A stretch of 38,957 bases of DNA from a virus (lineage: Duplodnaviria; Caudoviricetes), in IMG/VR virus record IMGVR_UViG_3300022863_000001, positions 1 to 38,957 of that record. The stretch is one strand, 5' to 3'. Under the pieces are notes generated by a model. It ran no database searches. It was not told the DNA's origin and saw nothing but the letters and a program-made list of their open reading frames with translations. Numbering within the stretch: the first letter of the stretch is position 1; each line of letters begins with the position of its first letter. The position numbers were made by a program, and so were the translations under genes. Below, piece by piece: positions 34,072 to 38,957 of the stretch.

Positions 34072-34461
34072 TTACGCCACCACAATACGGGTTGTGCAAC
34101 GTATCTTGTCGCCATCAACAGCGAAGTCACGGGTCTTACCATCCTTGTTCAAAGGATGGATGTAAAACTTGATGGTCTTGTCAGGGTTGCGATTGGCAAC
34201 CAGACGGAACTCACCATAACCGCTTGGCAGTGACTCGTCAAGGTAAGTTTCAAGTGTGTCATCTGCCAGGACAACTTCAGGAGCAGGCTTGATGGTTGGG
34301 TCCTGAGGACGTTCGTTTAAACCTGCTTCATCAGGTGCATCTTCTTTTGCACGAGCAGCAGCAGCAGTTGCTTCAGCAGCGGCTTGTATTTGTTCTGGCG
34401 TCAAAGCTGCTGTATCTGCAGCAGAGGCGGTCCCAGTATCTTGGGTGGCGGCGTCTGTCAT
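34072..34461 (-). CDS. Hypothetical protein
   Basis: GGAGAG RBS before ATG 34461; C-terminal FYIHP...DG.T.DF.V.G. Confidence 0.7.
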   Translation of the reverse strand: MTDAATQDTGTASAADTAALTPEQIQAAAEATAAAARAKEDAPDEAGLNERPQDPTIKPAPEVVLADDTLETYLDESLPSGYGEFRLVANRNPDKTIKFYIHPLNKDGKTRDFAVDGDKIRCTTRIVVA

Positions 34462-34462
34462 G

Positions 34463-34747
34463 TTACTCTCCGTCTTGTTGTTGTTGCGCAGCTTCTTGTT
34501 CGTCTCGTTCGAGTTTGCGCTGCTCGAGAAGACCACTCTGCTCCAGACCTTGGAGCGTTTGAGTTACTTTGCCAATGGCCAGCAGAAGATAATAGAACTC
34601 CTCGCGTTCCTTGGTTTGTTCCGGGTTCGTTGCTGCCCAGCCTTGGAAGGCATTGGCGCGCACAGCCTCAGTTACAGAAACAAAAGTCTCTGACTTAAGA
34701 AGTTCACGTGCCGAGTTGCCGAGGCGGATAATATCTTCTTTAGACAT
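34463..34747 (-). CDS. Conserved small protein downstream of portal
   Basis: G..A..LL....F...W..T...RE..Y pattern; overlaps portal end. Confidence 0.75.
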   Translation of the reverse strand: MSKEDIIRLGNSARELLKSETFVSVTEAVRANAFQGWAATNPEQTKEREEFYYLLLAIGKVTQTLQGLEQSGLLEQRKLERDEQEAAQQQQDGE

Positions 34748-37190
34748 GAGGCAGCATCCCTTGTTGTGGTGGCATCATCGGACCAGGTCCTGGGCCAGGC
34801 GGCATTCCAGGAGGTGGACCACCAGGCCCCATCATCGGGTTAGGCGGAAGAGGCACCCCAGGTCCTGGACCTTGAGGTCCTTGTGGCATAGGCGGCATCG
34901 GGCTGTCCATGCCAGGCATGAATGGTGGTTCACCTGAAGCATCACCGGCATCCTGCTCAGCAGCTTTGTCTGCGGCTTCAGCAACCTTTTCACCCAACAG
35001 GATAGCAGCCTCAAGGCGCTTCAGTTCAACATCCATCAACTTCATTTCACGGTCGATTTGTTTCATCTGCAAGTCAACACCAAGAACTTGCATTTTGGCC
35101 ATGTGTTGCTTCTCTTCAGGCGATGGGCCAGGAGGCGGAGGTGGCGGAACAGAGTCAGGGTCAGTAAAGTATGGGTCAGGTGTTTTCCAACCCGAAGCTT
35201 CAACCAGTTTAACCAGTGTGTTGTACACGTTCTTGTCAGTGACCAACTTGCCATGCCCGCCACCAGCAATAACTTGCTTTTGGACATTGAGAATGCCTTG
35301 AGCAATTGCAGCCTGCTGAACCTTGTTTGCAGAGCCGGCGCCTACGGCAACCGTAACGTCCATCCGGTCTTTCCAATCGCGCGGGTCGATGTTGACCCAT
35401 TTGTTGCGAAGGCGAACAACACGAGCCTCGTCTTGGTATTGGCAGGTAAGTTGGAACACTCGGCGATAGAGGCGCTTGAACCCGCGCTCAGCAAACACGC
35501 GAGCAATAAGTTCAAGACGTTGTTGGCCTGCATCCGTGGCAAGCGCGGCACTGACTGCGTTGGCGTCAAGGATGTCTTTGCTCAAGGCTCCGGTCTGAGG
35601 TCCACTACCAACTCGGTCCTGACGAACCTTATCGAAGTACTCAATGATTTGCTGCGCTTGCGGTGCAACCATGACAGTCGGCAACGGCACAATCGCACTG
35701 GCATTCGTCAGACGAACCACACCACCTGGGCGTACGTCAAGCATATCATCCATGTTGGCACCTGCACCAACAACACCATAGCGTGGCGCATTGGCAAGGT
35801 AGATGCTGTCAAGCATGCCGCGAACAACCGCAGTCTTAATATCCTGGATGTCATGGGTCTTGTCGTAGATGCTTTCCCCGTAGAACTTATGACACTCAGG
35901 GTTCGGCGTCAAATCAGCAAAAGCATGGTCGTCTGTTTCTTCATTGCCTAGCAACACAGTTGAGGACTCGCCTGCCTGCGCAGCAACAGTGACCTTGCGC
36001 CATTCAGCAATGCCGTCGCCATCATAGTCAACAAGCAAGTAGGCTTCGGTAATCCACACACGCTGCATCGACTTGTCAAGCAGGTCGGACTCAGTGGTGA
36101 ATGGCATCTGGTCTTCATCAGCGAAGCGCTCAGTGCGTTCTTGCGTATAATCCTGGTCGTCGCCAGGAGGAATAGATGCAACCTTGTCCGGGTCGAACCC
36201 GCATTCGAGCAGGTCACTGATGGTGCGCTTGCCGCGATGTGCAAGGAACCCGGCTTTGTCGATGCTTGGTGTGCGGCGTTCAACAATGAACTCGTCAGGT
36301 GGCACGTTCTCAACAACAAACTTCTTGACTGGCTTGGTTGTAACAACAACGCAGTCAACCACAATGTTTGGAACCATGGTTGGTTGACCAGTGTACTGGT
36401 CAGGTGGACCAGGCGATTGAGGGTTCTGCGGGTCTGGGTACTGCTTGACATCGGACACGGTAAGCGTTGGGTCAGTGGCCAGTGTTTGGAACTCAGGCAG
36501 TGTCAACCCGGTGTAGACGTCCTTGGTACGCTTGTTGCGCACGTCACGATAGATTTTGACAATGCCGTTCTTCTTAAGCAGTGAGTCCTTAATCCACGTA
36601 TAGAAAATCTCGAAGCCGTTGTTGTCTTGTGTGATGATGTGGTTGATGTAGTCAGTCGCTTGGTCCGCAGCATCCTGGTCCTTCTCAGTCGCAGGCTCGA
36701 AGACGCAGATGCGGTCACCTGAGGCAAACACGCGCATAAAACTTGGCATCATTGAGTCAATGGCCTCAGCGACGTCGCGGCTCACAACCTGTGAACGACC
36801 ATCAATCTCATTGCCCATAGGTTCGCCGCGGTAATACTTATCAGCATTGATGCGCTTGGATGCAAGTTTGCCTGAACCGTACCATTGGTGGCTGTTATTG
36901 ATTTTGGAATTGATGATGGCCAACAACTCAGTGTCAGTCATGGATTTGTTTGGTGCTTGAGCTCCAGGCATCGCGGAGTTGTCGGTCGGTGCAGTATCGC
37001 CAGCGCCAATGACAGTCTGGTTGGAGGTTGCACCGGCAGTTGAGTTGGGATGTATCAATGAGTTGACGATGTCCGCAATCTGAACGTCGTTGTGGTCTGT
37101 GTCAGGATGTTCAGTCGACCCGGCATGTGTGATGTCCAGGGTTTGACCTGGAGCAGTGACTGGGGTTGTTGGTGCATTCGGTGAAGTCAT
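34740..37190 (-). CDS. Portal protein
   Basis: YY.GEP.GNE.DGRSQVVSRDV, A.QATDY.N, KDSLL.KNGIVK, ENVPP.EF, ELIAR.FAE.G; Pro/Gly/Met-rich tail. Confidence 0.93.
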   Translation of the reverse strand: MTSPNAPTTPVTAPGQTLDITHAGSTEHPDTDHNDVQIADIVNSLIHPNSTAGATSNQTVIGAGDTAPTDNSAMPGAQAPNKSMTDTELLAIINSKINNSHQWYGSGKLASKRINADKYYRGEPMGNEIDGRSQVVSRDVAEAIDSMMPSFMRVFASGDRICVFEPATEKDQDAADQATDYINHIITQDNNGFEIFYTWIKDSLLKKNGIVKIYRDVRNKRTKDVYTGLTLPEFQTLATDPTLTVSDVKQYPDPQNPQSPGPPDQYTGQPTMVPNIVVDCVVVTTKPVKKFVVENVPPDEFIVERRTPSIDKAGFLAHRGKRTISDLLECGFDPDKVASIPPGDDQDYTQERTERFADEDQMPFTTESDLLDKSMQRVWITEAYLLVDYDGDGIAEWRKVTVAAQAGESSTVLLGNEETDDHAFADLTPNPECHKFYGESIYDKTHDIQDIKTAVVRGMLDSIYLANAPRYGVVGAGANMDDMLDVRPGGVVRLTNASAIVPLPTVMVAPQAQQIIEYFDKVRQDRVGSGPQTGALSKDILDANAVSAALATDAGQQRLELIARVFAERGFKRLYRRVFQLTCQYQDEARVVRLRNKWVNIDPRDWKDRMDVTVAVGAGSANKVQQAAIAQGILNVQKQVIAGGGHGKLVTDKNVYNTLVKLVEASGWKTPDPYFTDPDSVPPPPPPGPSPEEKQHMAKMQVLGVDLQMKQIDREMKLMDVELKRLEAAILLGEKVAEAADKAAEQDAGDASGEPPFMPGMDSPMPPMPQGPQGPGPGVPLPPNPMMGPGGPPPGMPPGPGPGPMMPPQQGMLPHV

Positions 37191-37191
37191 G

Positions 37192-37359
37192 TTACTTACC
37201 CAACCTCTTATTCATTTTCAATGCAAAGCGGCGCAGCCGTGAGTCCTTGCCTTTGGCACCAATGCCGATAGCAGCAGTTGCTCCGAGCTGTCCACCAGCC
37301 TTGCGGTCGTCAGTTGCCATATTGGCAACAGTAAAACCTTTGGTCTTTGGTTTCTTCAT
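37192..37359 (-). CDS. 55-aa basic hypothetical protein
   Basis: Hand translation MKKPKTKGFT...ALKMNKRLGK; GGAG RBS; stop 1 nt before portal ATG. Confidence 0.6.
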   Translation of the reverse strand: MKKPKTKGFTVANMATDDRKAGGQLGATAAIGIGAKGKDSRLRRFALKMNKRLGK

Positions 37360-37496
37360 GCCATGTCTCCATTAATCCAGGAGCGACCAAGCAAGCAATC
37401 CAACTTGTAGCGCAACCACTTCATTGGTGAACGCTTGATGTAAGGCAGGATGTTGTGCTGCATGTAGTCTTCATTGTGCTGAGCGATTGTTTTCAT
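37356..37496 (-). CDS. 46-aa hypothetical protein
   Basis: Hand translation MKTIAQHNED...SWINGDMA; TAATG and ATGA coupling on both sides. Confidence 0.55.
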   Translation of the reverse strand: MKTIAQHNEDYMQHNILPYIKRSPMKWLRYKLDCLLGRSWINGDMA

Positions 37497-38827
37497 TACA
37501 CCACCCAATTTGTTTTGTACTTGATGGGTTTATCCCAGTTGCTTTGGCCACCAACCTGTCCGATACCTAGAGCCAAGTGACGGAAGGCGTCAGCAGGATG
37601 TGAAGCCCAGTCATGTCGTGGATATTCACGAAACACTTTGCGCTTATCATCCCAGTCTCTGCGGTAGTTGCGCAGGCCAGACACACCGTCTCTTGTGCCA
37701 CGTTCATCAAAGCGGCAGGTTGGCATAGTAAACTTGGCATTCTCAATACCATCATTCACCGAGGTCTGCGATGGCAGGACGATGAAGTCCTGTTCATTGA
37801 GACCAAGGCCGACGAGTGTTTCCTTCCAACCGATTGCCGTAATCTCTTTCTCACGGTCTGCATCAGCTGGTACAATGTGCTTGCCAAGCGTCCAGTTGTT
37901 TTCTTTGAGCATACGGACATAAGCATCAGCACGCAGGTTCTGGCCTTCGAGATACTTAATCACCCGAGGAGTCTGTCCATCCATCTGGAAGCACCAGATA
38001 CCTGTCGTGCCACCCGTGTCCCAGGCTGTATGGACAGCGAGACGTGGGTTGTGACCGAAGTCACCGATGTAGCCTGAAGCTTCCATCTCATCGAGGATGG
38101 AGCCATAGTAGGAACCCATGACGGAACCGTAGAAGCTGCATTCATATTCAGCAGCGTACTGTTCAGCGGTCATGTGCTTACGAGCGTCAACCAGCTCCTC
38201 TTCATCAAGGATACCGGTTTGAGACGCCTTGAGCATCAGCTTGAACCAATCATCGTCGTCTTGTGCTTTATCCCACAAGTCTTTGAAGTGGTTCTTACCG
38301 CGTGGTGTCCCAATGAATGTTGCCCAACCTTTGCGGTCAGACAAGGCAGGGCGAATAACTTCAGGCCAAGCACGTGGGTCTTGGTCACCATACTCATCAG
38401 GGATTACGCCGTCGAGATAGATACCACGCATGCGGTCATAGTTGTCAGCGCCGTAAAGACGTACACGACCACCATTCGGGAAGTCGACACGCAACTCGGT
38501 TTCATTGGGCACAGCACCTGGCACACCAAGCGCATAGAACTTCAGGTATCCCCAAGCAACGTCCTTGGCTTGGCCATAGGTGGGAGCGATGTATGCGAAG
38601 CGAGGTTCAGGTAAAGGACAGGTCAATGCACCTTTGACTAAATCATTGATGCAACCAACAGTCTTACCAAAACGTCGATGGCAGACCAGTACAGACCAGC
38701 GTTGTGTCCGGTTATGATAAGGAATAAACTGTGAGCGAGGCTTGTATGGGATGTCAACTTCCCGCACTCCAGGGTCAATGGCCGGTGCGACCGACCGCTT
38801 CATCGCTACTTTTTTCAGGACTGCCAT
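37496..38827 (-). CDS. terL: Terminase large subunit
   Basis: HRRFGKT Walker A, YIAPTYGQAK, RG...DG...DE Walker B, IGTPRG, QEY-like AEYECSF, HDWASHPADAFR nuclease motif. Confidence 0.96.
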   Translation of the reverse strand: MAVLKKVAMKRSVAPAIDPGVREVDIPYKPRSQFIPYHNRTQRWSVLVCHRRFGKTVGCINDLVKGALTCPLPEPRFAYIAPTYGQAKDVAWGYLKFYALGVPGAVPNETELRVDFPNGGRVRLYGADNYDRMRGIYLDGVIPDEYGDQDPRAWPEVIRPALSDRKGWATFIGTPRGKNHFKDLWDKAQDDDDWFKLMLKASQTGILDEEELVDARKHMTAEQYAAEYECSFYGSVMGSYYGSILDEMEASGYIGDFGHNPRLAVHTAWDTGGTTGIWCFQMDGQTPRVIKYLEGQNLRADAYVRMLKENNWTLGKHIVPADADREKEITAIGWKETLVGLGLNEQDFIVLPSQTSVNDGIENAKFTMPTCRFDERGTRDGVSGLRNYRRDWDDKRKVFREYPRHDWASHPADAFRHLALGIGQVGGQSNWDKPIKYKTNWVV

Positions 38828-38957
38828 TTTACCACCAGCGTGTGAGTGACTGGTTTGTTGGCGTTCCCTTCAATGGATTGAAGACGAGGATGGAGGTAAG
38901 GCGCGGTGTCAGTCGCGCATGATTGTGACTTGGATGCGAGGCGCTCGGCTTCGTAGA
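38815..38957 (-). CDS. terS: Terminase small subunit, 3' part (continuation of 1-359)
   Basis: Frame ends ...HTLVVKWQS-TGA at 38817-38815, overlapping the terL start. Confidence 0.75.
   Translation of the reverse strand, partial: YEAERLASKSQSCATDTAPYLHPRLQSIEGNANKPVTHTLVVKWQS
38831..38957. repeat. Terminal direct repeat, copy 2
   Basis: Identical to 1-127. Confidence 0.95.

Noticed and set aside
32247-35951. Long plus-strand ORFs (32247-32975, 35058-35951 and similar)
   Set aside because: Antisense to MCP and portal; explained by codon bias, no motifs
1-38957. GCTGAGG 7-mer hits as extra RNA targets
   Set aside because: The 7-mer is common in coding sequence (Ala-Glu codons); only matches of 10 nt or more, or at an RBS, were counted

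Overview
A circularly assembled, apparently complete dsDNA phage genome of about 38.8 kb. Bases 1-127 are repeated at 38831-38957, and the join runs through the terminase small subunit gene. The + strand arm (986-18637) carries early, replication and nucleotide-metabolism genes: denV, primase-helicase, family A DNA polymerase, Cas4-like and DEDDh exonucleases, VRR-NUC, SNF2 helicase, MazG-like NTPase, a thymidylate synthase homolog, dCMP deaminase and DHFR. The - strand arm carries TerS/TerL, portal, scaffold, major capsid, podovirus-type adaptor, nozzle and ejection proteins, a tail fibre, and a holin/spanin/endolysin module implying a Gram-negative host. I recognised no integrase, repressor, tape measure protein or tRNA. 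Strongest unexplained signals: (1) a promoter-driven ~82-nt structured RNA (3459-3540) whose CCCCTCAGCAAGG segment is complementary to the ribosome-binding sites of the first genes behind all four early promoters, including the primase-helicase, suggesting an RNA-based master regulator; (2) a second structured RNA candidate at 7165-7312 with loop-loop complementarity; (3) a thymidylate synthase with Asp at the Asn177 specificity position (dCMP-type) clustered with dCMP deaminase, DHFR and MazG; (4) an iteron-like repeat array at 535-850; (5) only one GATC found in the whole genome. All calls come from reading the sequence by eye, without database searches or folding software.
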